A stretch of 64,000 nucleotides of DNA from Nitrosopumilaceae archaeon (GTDB lineage Archaea > Thermoproteota > Nitrososphaeria > Nitrososphaerales > Nitrosopumilaceae): assembly GCA_965207375.1 (NCBI GenBank), contig OZ242274.1, positions 512,001-576,000 of the forward strand. The letters are read 5' to 3'. Within the stretch, counting starts at the first letter, position 1. Each line of letters starts with the position of its first letter. This document shows, piece after piece, positions 49,430-58,754 of the stretch. The notes below the pieces were generated by a model. The model did not search any database. It worked only from the letters and a program-made list of their open reading frames with translations, and had not been told where the DNA came from. A program made the translations under genes and the position numbers.

Positions 49430-51217
49430 TTGAATAAAATAAAATTAGCAATACCCATGTTTGCACTAATTCTCTTGGTGCCATCAGTAGTACTTGCACA
49501 ACAAACAAATGAATTAAACACAAAAGAAATAGATAATCCTCACATTTTATCACCTAGTGATGTTGTAGGTCCGGTAGGACGAGCTGATGACTTGAATGCC
49601 GCTCACAGTGAATTAACTAATATAATGCAACAACAGTCTTTTGGAAATTTTGATACACCTGATTATCCCTTCATCCTAACAGCAGTTGATGAGCAAAAAG
49701 GTGACCTTGTTGTAGTGATGCATGCAATGGCGGCTGTGGCTAACATCGAATACGAAGAAGAAGAGATTGCAATTGCACTGAACACAGATGTTCCTATTGA
49801 TATTCAGTATGGTGTCTTTGTCTTAGAAGTGTCTCAATCAAGAATTGAGAGCTGGAAGCAGTACTATAAGGATAATTGCATTCCAGTAAAAGCAGGTTAT
49901 CAGACAGTCTGTAAAATTTTTGGAGATAACCTAAGAAAGGAAGGAATTGATCCTGATTCTTTAGGTTCTACATCTCCTGTTACTCCAAAACCTACAAAGT
50001 CAACCTCTCCATGTGATGAGGACGAAGATTCACTGGCTTGTTATTATTACAAACGGTACCAGGACAAATGCATTCCAACTAAAACCACATCTAGATGTGA
50101 TACTTATGCAACCCAGATTAAAAATGCAGGATATGAAGTACCAACTACAAAGCCCGCAACTATAGTCAAAGTTACACCACCAAAAGTTACTGGCCTACAG
50201 GCTGCAATGTCTGGTGATGATATCAAGGTAACATGGAATACGCCGCAATATGCAGTTGACAAGTATAGAGTGAACATATATGAAGATAACATACGTGTTG
50301 ATAGAGAGTATGTATATACAAACTCTTACACATACGATGAGGTAAAAAAAGGCAAAGATTACAAGTTTAGAGTGTATGTCTACTATGAGAGTAATGCGAA
50401 ACTGACATCGACTTATGGCGGATCTGTTTGGTCTAATGTGGTAAGTGTACCTGCTGGTACAACTACGATAACACCAGAATCCAATCCAAATCCTACCACG
50501 GCAGTTGAGACAAACTCGACGGCAATATATGGTGGAAATCTATACAATTTAAAAGTACAAAACAATACGCATAATTCTAACAGACTATCAACGGTTACAA
50601 TAGGTGCAACAAACAGTACCGGCTCTACAGGTGTTGTAGTAAGTGGTCACGGTATCATCTTACCTACAGGTTTTACATTTGCAGGTCATGCATTTGGAGC
50701 TAACAGTACTCTATTCTCAAATAGCATGGTACTAGTCCATTATGGACCACAAATAGATGCCTCATTCATACCAATTACAGAGCCTAACATAGTAGCAGAA
50801 AACAAAGTTCAATCTTTAACTGGAGATATAATATCTGTGGTCAATGGAACTTTGAGCAGTGTGCCGCATCTTGAAACTTTGTCCATCTATGGAAGTCAAA
50901 CAAATGGTAATGGTACTTTACTATACAAAAATGCTACGTCATTTTCAAATGAGGACAACCAACTCTTAACCAATGCAGGAATAGCTTTGTATCCTAGCAC
51001 TAATGGTGATAGTGGGGCTCCAATAACATACAACAATAGTGGAACTATACACATAGTCGGTGTGCATCATGGTGGTGTGTGTATTTTTCAACCAGTATCT
51101 ACTCCGAACCACAAAATTGATGTGAGTAATTATCCAAATTACTGCACTCCAGGCGCTACTTATTACAAGTTATTTAGTGCATGGGAACATGTAAGGGAGA
51201 CACTTTCGCTACAATGA
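49430..51217 (+). CDS. Secreted S1 (chymotrypsin-fold) serine protease with FN3 domain and Cys-rich repeats
   Basis: Signal peptide; FN3 (PPKVTGL, IKVTW, YRV, YKFRV); triad motifs SGHG, IDAS and GDSGAP. Confidence 0.8.
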   Translation: MNKIKLAIPMFALILLVPSVVLAQQTNELNTKEIDNPHILSPSDVVGPVGRADDLNAAHSELTNIMQQQSFGNFDTPDYPFILTAVDEQKGDLVVVMHAMAAVANIEYEEEEIAIALNTDVPIDIQYGVFVLEVSQSRIESWKQYYKDNCIPVKAGYQTVCKIFGDNLRKEGIDPDSLGSTSPVTPKPTKSTSPCDEDEDSLACYYYKRYQDKCIPTKTTSRCDTYATQIKNAGYEVPTTKPATIVKVTPPKVTGLQAAMSGDDIKVTWNTPQYAVDKYRVNIYEDNIRVDREYVYTNSYTYDEVKKGKDYKFRVYVYYESNAKLTSTYGGSVWSNVVSVPAGTTTITPESNPNPTTAVETNSTAIYGGNLYNLKVQNNTHNSNRLSTVTIGATNSTGSTGVVVSGHGIILPTGFTFAGHAFGANSTLFSNSMVLVHYGPQIDASFIPITEPNIVAENKVQSLTGDIISVVNGTLSSVPHLETLSIYGSQTNGNGTLLYKNATSFSNEDNQLLTNAGIALYPSTNGDSGAPITYNNSGTIHIVGVHHGGVCIFQPVSTPNHKIDVSNYPNYCTPGATYYKLFSAWEHVRETLSLQ

Positions 51218-51462
51218 ATCAACGACTTTTAAATCGCTCCATTTTTTTAATTTTTTTAATATTTTTAATTGTTTTAATATATTTTCTAGTTTTTTATGAA
51301 AATTGCGAGGCTAATGCACAATATCCAATCATAGGAATAGAACCAAACGAAGACAATCTCAAGCTAACGGAACCTCTGCCACTTCAATTTGAAAAAAAAC
51401 AACCCACTGATATAGCATCCCCTAAAGATAAGGTAACAGAATCCATTAATGTACCATGTTAA
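51214..51462 (+). CDS. Small membrane protein coupled to the protease gene
   Basis: ATGA start/stop overlap with the protease; N-terminal TM helix. Confidence 0.5.
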   Translation: MNQRLLNRSIFLIFLIFLIVLIYFLVFYENCEANAQYPIIGIEPNEDNLKLTEPLPLQFEKKQPTDIASPKDKVTESINVPC

Positions 51463-51659
51463 ACTAGACAGGACCTTTTTCAACCATATCAACAAAATAA
51501 ACACAAAATGCTTTTGGAGCACATCATACAGTGTACTAGAATGCAGACAAGATAGTGCTGTTTTTAGATGAAGCATACATCTTACGAGACACAAGAGTTT
51601 TTCAAGACACGATATATCGTATTGATGTGGTATCCTGTGGACAGTAACACTTTGACTTT

Positions 51660-51739
51660 AAGTTGCGTGTATAAAAAATGCCAAACCTATGATTTTTACA
51701 TTTAATTCAGGCATGGCATTTCATAAAATCGATCAGTTA
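51660..51739. repeat. ~80-bp dispersed repeat, copy 2 (copy 1 at 7317-7396)
   Basis: Colinear similarity to 7317-7396. Confidence 0.8.
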
Positions 51740-51747
51740 CAATAAAT

Positions 51748-51848
51748 GTAAGTGTTAATGTCACGCTTGAATTTTTATTCTATCTTTTGACAGCAAAGTA
51801 ATTTCGTGCCTAAAATTATTATAAATTCAAAACAACGTTAACAGATAC
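51748..51848. mobile_element. 101-bp MITE, copy 2
   Basis: Ends GTAAGTGTTAA / TTAACAGATAC; 8-bp TSD CAATAAAT (51740-51747, 51849-51856). Confidence 0.92.
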
Positions 51849-52026
51849 CAATAAATCGTGTATCAGATGCAGACATAAAGACATTTGACATCATAAGCTG
51901 CATTATAATTTGGGAGAAAGAGGACACAAGCATCTAGGAAAATATACTGAAACGATATCAGGAACCTGACATACTACAAAATGTCCCGTCAAAAGGGTAT
52001 TAAACCGATATCTAGTGAGTTATTTG

Positions 52027-52452
52027 ATGACTTACAGTTGCAGTTTTAGACAAGGAACTGTATCATCCAAAAAAAATGCGGTTTGGAGTGCATAAAGTAC
52101 TGCCCGGTAAACAAATCAGGCGCAAATTGACGAGGATATCTGCAATGGGTGTGGAATATGTGTAAAGGTATGTCCCTTTGATGCAGTAACAATCGTCAAT
52201 CTAGCATCAGAGCTTGCAACGGATAAGATTCACCAGTATGGAATTAATTCATTTAGACTTTACAGGTTGCCTACTCCAAAAAAGGGAGAGGTGATGAGAC
52301 TGCTTGGATTCATCAATGCAGTGAAAAGTACCATTGTAAACATCCTGTCAGGAAATCTAAAGCCAAATCAGGGAAACTATGAAAATCCACCAGAATGGGA
52401 TGAAATTTTAACACGATACAGTGGAACAGAGCTTAAATCACATTTTCAAAAA
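52027..52452 (+). pseudogene. ABCE1/RLI ribosome recycling ATPase, truncated frameshifted copy
   Basis: VAVLDKEL..PKKCGLECIKYCPVNKSG; frameshift; IDEDICNGCGICVKVCPFDA..HQYGINSFRLYRLPTPKKGEV; Walker A eroded to GFINAVKST; similarity stops after ~140 codons. Confidence 0.9.
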
Positions 52453-52483
52453 CTGATTTATTCAAATCATGTACAGTCATATC

Positions 52484-53134
52484 ATGATTGTAGATTTGAC
52501 ACTGACAATATCTCAAAAACTGCCAAGCTTTCCTGGCTCTCCTACACCTCAATTTCTCAGATGGGCAGATCTAAGATCGGATGGATATAATTTGGAATTA
52601 ATGTTTATGAGCTCACATTCTGGGACGCATATTGATGCACCCTTTCATTTTGCCGCAGGCGGCAAAACAGTTGAGCAAATTCCTCTAGGCAGGCTGGTAA
52701 GAGACGCAATTATCATCAAGATTCCCAAAAAGTCTGACTGTCTGATAACAAAAAACGACCTGATTTTATTTGAGAACAAAAACGGCACGATACCTGACTA
52801 TAGTACTGTAGTGTTTTATACAGGATGGCAAAAAAATATTCTAAAGAAAAACTATTTCACAAATAATCCCGGTTTGTCAAAAGAGGCAGCTCGGTACCTA
52901 GTTTCCAAACAAATCAATCTTGTAGGTATAGATTCGCCAAGCATCGATGTTGGAACAGATCAAAAGTTTTCGGTGCATCGTCTTTTGTCCAAAAACAACA
53001 TTTTGATTGTAGAAAATCTGGCAAATTTGCAAAAAATTACAAAATCAAAATTTTCATTAACTGTACTGCCTCTGAAATTAAAGAATGCATCAGGCTCACC
53101 GGTCAGGGCGGTAGGAATCTATTCAAGCACATGA
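52484..53134 (+). CDS. Cyclase-family (kynurenine formamidase-like) protein
   Basis: HSGTHIDAPFHF, GIDSPS, VENL and PLKL...SGSPVRA motifs. Confidence 0.92.
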   Translation: MIVDLTLTISQKLPSFPGSPTPQFLRWADLRSDGYNLELMFMSSHSGTHIDAPFHFAAGGKTVEQIPLGRLVRDAIIIKIPKKSDCLITKNDLILFENKNGTIPDYSTVVFYTGWQKNILKKNYFTNNPGLSKEAARYLVSKQINLVGIDSPSIDVGTDQKFSVHRLLSKNNILIVENLANLQKITKSKFSLTVLPLKLKNASGSPVRAVGIYSST

Positions 53135-54177
53135 AATTTTTTCCTCCTGTAATTTAGAGGTGGCCTGCCAGCAATTGGAATGTTATTTCCACAATATCTG
53201 CATCTGTTCTCTGAATCCAAATTCCATTGCTCAATGTCAAAACCATATCTTTTTACTGCGATTTTTTTACATGCAGAACAATACGTATGCTCCAAATGAT
53301 GACCAGGAACATTTCCGATATACGCATACTCTAGTCCCTCCTCTTTGGCGATGCAATAGTGTCGTTCCAATGTTTCAATCGGTGTACTACCAAACTCCAT
53401 CATTTTATAGTCTGGATGAAACCGCAAAAAATGAATTGGCATCTGCGGGCCGAATTGGTCATAAATGAACCTGCAAAGTTTTCTTGCATATTCCAGACTG
53501 TCTCCTACCTGCGGGACGATCAAGTCCGTAATCTCTATGTGAATATCGGTACTGTCTCTGATTCCAATTAACGAATCAAAGATCGGTTGGGGATCTGGCA
53601 CTCCGATATATTTTCTAGTAAATTCCGGCTCTGCACTGCCTTTAAAGTCTACAGTAATGCCATCTAGAAACTGGCCCATCATTTGTACCGTTTGCGGAGT
53701 GTCATAGCCATTTGATACAAATACATTGTATAATCCGTATTTTCGTGCCAAAATACCGCAATCACGCGCAAATTCAATAAAGATGGAGGGCTGATTGTAG
53801 GTATATGCAATTCCGTCTGCACCGTACCTGAGTGCCTCTTGTACTACTTGTATCGGCGTCATCTCTGCACCTTCCACCTTGCGCCGTTGACTGATATCGT
53901 GATTTTGACAATATTTGCACAGCCAGTTACAACCCGTAGTTGCAATAGAGTACACCCTTGAACCGGGCCTGTAATGTACCAGTGGCTTTTTTTCAATAGG
54001 ATCTACAGCTCCGGCAATAACTTTGCCGTAGACAAACAATTCTAATTTTCCTTTCACGTTTCCCCTGATCCCGCACAATCCCACCTGACTTTTGCCCATC
54101 TCACAATATCTGGCACAAGCCGTGCATCTGACCCTGTCATTTCCTAATTTTTTATATAGGACTGCCTCTTTTGTCAT
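53119..54177 (-). CDS. amrS: AmmeMemoRadiSam system radical SAM enzyme
   Basis: CTACARYC, DPIEKKPL, GCNWLCKYCQN, RFHPDYKM and YIGNVPG motifs. Confidence 0.93.
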   Translation of the reverse strand: MTKEAVLYKKLGNDRVRCTACARYCEMGKSQVGLCGIRGNVKGKLELFVYGKVIAGAVDPIEKKPLVHYRPGSRVYSIATTGCNWLCKYCQNHDISQRRKVEGAEMTPIQVVQEALRYGADGIAYTYNQPSIFIEFARDCGILARKYGLYNVFVSNGYDTPQTVQMMGQFLDGITVDFKGSAEPEFTRKYIGVPDPQPIFDSLIGIRDSTDIHIEITDLIVPQVGDSLEYARKLCRFIYDQFGPQMPIHFLRFHPDYKMMEFGSTPIETLERHYCIAKEEGLEYAYIGNVPGHHLEHTYCSACKKIAVKRYGFDIEQWNLDSENRCRYCGNNIPIAGRPPLNYRRKKFHVLE

Positions 54178-54253
54178 CTTTTATGTTGACAAACATAAAA
54201 TTTAAGCAAATCTTATCGTAATCCTAAAACACAGGTTGTATTCTTTAGTTTAT

Positions 54254-54748
54254 GTGAGTGCACCAGGAAACATATGGCGAAAGGTTCATGGAATCGTGGC
54301 CAAAAAACCTACCAATTTTTCATGGCTTATTACAGGAAAACTTGCAGGCTCTGGAATGCCAACATCGTCTGCCGAATTTGATTGGATTTGCAAACAGGGT
54401 ATCTGCTCTATTGTTACCATGACTGAAAACGCGCTTTCTGATACGTGGACCCAAAAGATTGACTATTTGCACGTGCCAACTCCTGATCTTACAGCTCCTG
54501 ACATGGAAGAAATTGACTCTGCAGTTGACTTTATACAAAACCAAATAAAACAGAAAAAACCCGTTATGGTTCACTGTGCTGCCGGATTGGGTAGGGCAGG
54601 CACGATTCTTGCCTGTTATCACGTCAAATATCTCAAATACTCTAGTACCGATGCAATTGATAAGATCAGACAGGAGAGGCCTGGATCAATTCAGTCCAAG
54701 GTGCAGGAGATAGCAATTGCACTTTATGAAAAACATGTAAAAAATTAA
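54254..54748 (+). CDS. Dual-specificity protein phosphatase
   Basis: VHCAAGLGRAGT (HCx5R) and RPGSIQ motifs. Confidence 0.92.
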   Translation: MSAPGNIWRKVHGIVAKKPTNFSWLITGKLAGSGMPTSSAEFDWICKQGICSIVTMTENALSDTWTQKIDYLHVPTPDLTAPDMEEIDSAVDFIQNQIKQKKPVMVHCAAGLGRAGTILACYHVKYLKYSSTDAIDKIRQERPGSIQSKVQEIAIALYEKHVKN

Positions 54749-54891
54749 TTCTGAATTACCTCAGATACCAGCTTTCCATCAACTATTTTTATCTTGATTA
54801 ATTTGTTTTCTTGAAAAACCAAAGTAAGCTCTCCTTGGGTCTCCTCGACCTTTACAAGCTCGATCATTTTTATCGGTTCAAATTTTTCCAT
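54745..54891 (-). CDS. Small beta-rich protein, 48 aa (paralog B)
   Basis: Manual translation MEKFEPIKMIELVKVEETQGELTLVFQENKLIKIKIVDGKLVSEVIQN. Confidence 0.7.
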   Translation of the reverse strand: MEKFEPIKMIELVKVEETQGELTLVFQENKLIKIKIVDGKLVSEVIQN

Positions 54892-54898
54892 AATATCA

Positions 54899-55051
54899 TC
54901 ACTCTGGTATTGAAACCGTCTCAATTTTTCCGTCTACTGCCTTTATGAACATGAATCTGTTATCCTTGAAGATTATTGTGATTCCTCCCTCCTTGTCTGG
55001 TTCTTCAACCTCTAAAACAGGCTGTCCTAAAAGTCCGTCATATTTTGCCAT
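54899..55051 (-). CDS. Small beta-rich protein, 50 aa (paralog A)
   Basis: Manual translation MAKYDGLLGQPVLEVEEPDKEGGITIIFKDNRFMFIKAVDGKIETVSIPE. Confidence 0.72.
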   Translation of the reverse strand: MAKYDGLLGQPVLEVEEPDKEGGITIIFKDNRFMFIKAVDGKIETVSIPE

Positions 55052-55080
55052 ATCGAGTCACCGTTTTAGTCATTTATATC

Positions 55081-55617
55081 CTAATTGATTACAATTTGAA
55101 TTTCTTTTGCTGAATTTTTGGCATTATCTGCATCAATGTAATCGTGCTTTTGCCAGGATGCAAATATCTCAGCACCGATCTTGTGGCTACCCCTTCCCAA
55201 TTCTGCGGCTTTGAATGTAAATGTCTCATCAAAATCAAATAGCTCCTGTCTTACCTCCTCCTCGGTCAATCTAATATAGGGAACAAAATTTTTTGCCACC
55301 TGTACCCATACTCTTTTTTCCTTCATAGGATTTACCAGTTTGGGATTGCGTGTCCAAAAAACCGATGCTTTTCTGTAACTGTCTATGGGTTTTCCGAGCT
55401 GTTTTTTCCTAAAGCCTCCTGCTGTTACCTTTATGCCGTATTTCATCTTGAATAAATTATCATTATTGTTGTATGCATCAGTCCAATTTTTCTCGTTAAA
55501 GGCATCTCTTATGTCTCCTTGTACTGCAAATTTTACGTTAATAGTTACTGTCTCATCCTCAGAGTATTGCTCCTTTGATCTGACCAGTTCTAGGTCTCCT
55601 ATACCATTTTGAGCCAT
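55081..55617 (-). CDS. Hypothetical protein
   Basis: 178-aa ORF with host-like composition; no motif recognised. Confidence 0.75.
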   Translation of the reverse strand: MAQNGIGDLELVRSKEQYSEDETVTINVKFAVQGDIRDAFNEKNWTDAYNNNDNLFKMKYGIKVTAGGFRKKQLGKPIDSYRKASVFWTRNPKLVNPMKEKRVWVQVAKNFVPYIRLTEEEVRQELFDFDETFTFKAAELGRGSHKIGAEIFASWQKHDYIDADNAKNSAKEIQIVIN

Positions 55618-55847
55618 ATTGACTATATCATCATAGGCCTATAATATTTTATGCAGATCAGTCCAAACCTGAATTTGGAAATCAATTCAGGTACCCATGC
55701 GGTGAAAATATATCATAGATATGTTTGTAGGCGCTTCATCTGACTGATAAAATCTATCTTTACGCATAATATTTTACCATTTGGAAATATGAAAACGAGC
55801 AAATCGAGGCATGATTTATATCCATATAAGATGCTTTTTTCAAATAC

Positions 55848-56129
55848 TTGAACGCCAAAGTATTAAGTGCCTCTAAAAAGGAGGTTAATCTTTCAATCAC
55901 TCAAACAGACATAGGTACACTGTACATTGTTCAACATGAGTTACTTGGGGATTCTGGAACAGAATTTGCCGGAGTAATTGTAAAACACCCTCTAACCAAC
56001 GAGTGCTGGATGAAGGTAAATTCTACAAAAAATGCACCCGTACAAGAAATAACCAAAGCAGCAGACTCTGCAATCAAGCAAACAGAACAACTGAAAAAAT
56101 TATTTAATTCAAACATACAGGTAAGTTAA
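55848..56129 (+). CDS. rpoL: RNA polymerase subunit Rpo11 (RpoL)
   Basis: EFAGVIVKHPL motif; size; adjacent to tfs and pcn. Confidence 0.85.
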   Translation: MNAKVLSASKKEVNLSITQTDIGTLYIVQHELLGDSGTEFAGVIVKHPLTNECWMKVNSTKNAPVQEITKAADSAIKQTEQLKKLFNSNIQVS

Positions 56130-56444
56130 ATGAAATTCTGTCCTACATGTGAAGTCAGACTAAAAAAAGGTGATTCTGACCTAAACTGTCCCAAGTGCGG
56201 GTATGTCGAAGGCGGCCTAACACCTGCAAAAAAACCAGCCGAGCAGGACTCGGAGGTACCTGAAATTAATGTGCTTGATGAAAATGAAGGTACTGAAACA
56301 CTGCCAACCATAAAGATCCAGTGTGCAAAATGCGACAATGACGAAGCTGTATGGTGGATGTTACAAACCAGAAGTGCAGATGAGGCAACCACTCAATTCT
56401 ACAGATGCTCCAAATGTAGCCACACATGGCGCAACTACGATTGA
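56130..56444 (+). CDS. tfs: Transcription factor S
   Basis: MKFCPTC and QTRSADEATTQFYRCSKCSHTWR motifs. Confidence 0.95.
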   Translation: MKFCPTCEVRLKKGDSDLNCPKCGYVEGGLTPAKKPAEQDSEVPEINVLDENEGTETLPTIKIQCAKCDNDEAVWWMLQTRSADEATTQFYRCSKCSHTWRNYD

Positions 56445-56478
56445 CTTTTAATGTCCAATTAACAAGCACAAAACAACA

Positions 56479-57225
56479 ATGGTCTTTTCAGCAAAAACCA
56501 GCGGATCTGACGATCTCAAAGCCATAATATCTGCAATCTCCACTCTGGTTGAGGAGGCAACATTTGTTGCAACAGCCGAAGGGATAACATTTAGAGGAAT
56601 GGATCCGTCTCATGTTGCATTAATTGATATTTCATGGCCTAATTCGGCCTTTGAAAAGTACGAGTGCGACAGTGACATAAAATTCGGCGTAAGAATTGAC
56701 GAATTTTCAAAACTGATCAAAAGAGCTGCCAAATCAGACGCAATTGAAATTAGCATATCTGATGAAAACATGTTGCTTGTAACTATTGGAAAAAACAAGA
56801 AATACAAAATGCGTTTAATTGAAAGCTCAGCAACTGATACGCCATTGCCAAAGATACCTTATGATTCTAAAATCGTTCTTACATCCACACAATTTGACAA
56901 GATACTAGGAGATGTACAGGTGGTTTCTGACTATCTTACCATGTCTAGCGAAGACACAAAGGCTGAATTTTCTGGAAAGGGCGATTCGGGAGAGGTGGCA
57001 ATTGAACTAGATACATCCATGGATGAACTAGAGGAGCTATCATGCAAGCAAAAAAGCAGCGGCACATATAGTTTAGAATATCTTAATCCTGTAGTCAAGG
57101 CAGTTGGCAACACCGTAGGTTCCATAACCTGTGAATTCTCTAACTCAAAACCGTTACGAATAGAGTTCAAGGTTGCCAACGTAGGCAGAATTCATTTTTA
57201 TCTTGCTCCAAGAGTAGAAAGTTAA
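56479..57225 (+). CDS. pcn: PCNA sliding clamp
   Basis: MDPSHVALID, YSLEYL and FYLAPRVE motifs. Confidence 0.97.
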   Translation: MVFSAKTSGSDDLKAIISAISTLVEEATFVATAEGITFRGMDPSHVALIDISWPNSAFEKYECDSDIKFGVRIDEFSKLIKRAAKSDAIEISISDENMLLVTIGKNKKYKMRLIESSATDTPLPKIPYDSKIVLTSTQFDKILGDVQVVSDYLTMSSEDTKAEFSGKGDSGEVAIELDTSMDELEELSCKQKSSGTYSLEYLNPVVKAVGNTVGSITCEFSNSKPLRIEFKVANVGRIHFYLAPRVES

Positions 57226-57258
57226 AGAATTTAAGTATACTAATTTCAGGTTATACTA

Positions 57259-58662
57259 TTGCGTATAGTAATAAAATTTGGTGGAACCTCAATTGATTCG
57301 GCAGTCAACATACGGGCAGCTGCAAAATTTCTTGCAAACACTGCCAAAAAAAATCTTGTAATTGTAGTGTGTTCTGCCATACACGGCACTACAGATTCTC
57401 TCATTGAAATTTCTGAACTTATACAAAAAGAAAAGACACACAATGTGCAAAAAATCCTCAGCAAGATAATAAACAGACACAAACAGGTAGCATCTGAATC
57501 TGTTAAAAAATCCAACACACGAAAAAAGCTGCTAGGCGCACTAGAGGCAGACTTTAAGGAATTAAAATCCCTAATTGATGGAATATCACTACTTGGGGAA
57601 ACAACGCCGCGCTCACTGGATTATCTGCTCTCATTTGGGGAGCGCATGTCAATCAAAATTGTTTCTGCTACCCTAAATGATCTAGACAAAAAATCAAATC
57701 CGTTCACAGGAAAACAAATCGGAATTGTTACTGATTCAAATTTTGGTGACGCCAAACCCTTAATGGATACTACGCGTCTTAGGGTGTCAAAAAACGTAGA
57801 GGAGATACTGCATAAAAAATCAATTCCCGTCATTGGAGGTTTTGCAGGAGCTGATCAACATGGCCATATTACAACCTTTGGACGAGGAGGGTCCGATTAT
57901 ACAGCTACTACAATTGGTTCCTGCATAAAAGCCGATGAGATCTGGCTAATGAGCGACGTTGACGGACTGATGTCTGCAGATCCTAAACTTGTAAAAAACG
58001 CCAAGGTTCTCAAACAGGTCTCCTATGTTGAGGCCATTGAAATGGCACTATTTGGTGCAAAACAAATTCATCCTAGAACCTTTGAACCGTTGTTGGCAAA
58101 AAAAATCCCAATGAAGATCAGAAACACCTTTGATACAAAACATGAGGGAACTCTGATTACTGCCTCACCTGACGCAACCATACAAAAAACCGTAAAATGT
58201 GTAAGTACAATTTCTCATAATGGTCTTATTGATGTGAGAGGCGGAAGCATGGTGGGTTCACCTGGTACTGCTGCAAAAATATTTGCCAAACTAGCAAAGG
58301 CAGGAATCAATGTAATGATGATATCTCAAAATCCGTCCGAATCTAGTATAACTATAGTTGTAAAAAAGACAGATCTAGACAGGGCCGTACACGCATTGGA
58401 AATGGAACTACTGGGAAAAATCATAAAAAGTCTGCAGGTTACATCTGATGTTGCAATTGTTGCCCTAATTGGCTCAGGAATGCGCGGTACTGTAGGTGTC
58501 GCCTCCAAGGTATTTGGAGCCACCGAGAAAAAGAAACTCAATGTTGTAATGATTACGCAGGGTTCTTCGGAACTTAATCTGGCCTTTGTTGTAAAAGACG
58601 CAGATGCAAAGACTGCGGTTCAGGCAATTCATGACGAGTTTAACCTTGCAGAAATTAACTAG
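57259..58662 (+). CDS. lysC: Aspartate kinase
   Basis: KFGGTS, SFGE, GRGGSDYTA and DVDGLMSADP motifs; two ACT domains. Confidence 0.95.
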   Translation: MRIVIKFGGTSIDSAVNIRAAAKFLANTAKKNLVIVVCSAIHGTTDSLIEISELIQKEKTHNVQKILSKIINRHKQVASESVKKSNTRKKLLGALEADFKELKSLIDGISLLGETTPRSLDYLLSFGERMSIKIVSATLNDLDKKSNPFTGKQIGIVTDSNFGDAKPLMDTTRLRVSKNVEEILHKKSIPVIGGFAGADQHGHITTFGRGGSDYTATTIGSCIKADEIWLMSDVDGLMSADPKLVKNAKVLKQVSYVEAIEMALFGAKQIHPRTFEPLLAKKIPMKIRNTFDTKHEGTLITASPDATIQKTVKCVSTISHNGLIDVRGGSMVGSPGTAAKIFAKLAKAGINVMMISQNPSESSITIVVKKTDLDRAVHALEMELLGKIIKSLQVTSDVAIVALIGSGMRGTVGVASKVFGATEKKKLNVVMITQGSSELNLAFVVKDADAKTAVQAIHDEFNLAEIN

Positions 58663-58754
58663 CCTGCTGTTTCTGGAATTGTTTTAGTTTGGGGCACACA
58701 TGACTAAGGCAGTCGGCAGAACTTTTTAAAACACTGCACCTGCTTATTTCTGTA

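Noticed and set aside
51241-51297. 9-bp T-rich tandem repeat
   Set aside because: Explained as codons for an IFL-repeat transmembrane helix
52267-52590. 107-aa ORF as a real gene
   Set aside because: It is the tail of the ABCE1 pseudogene reading out of frame into the cyclase gene
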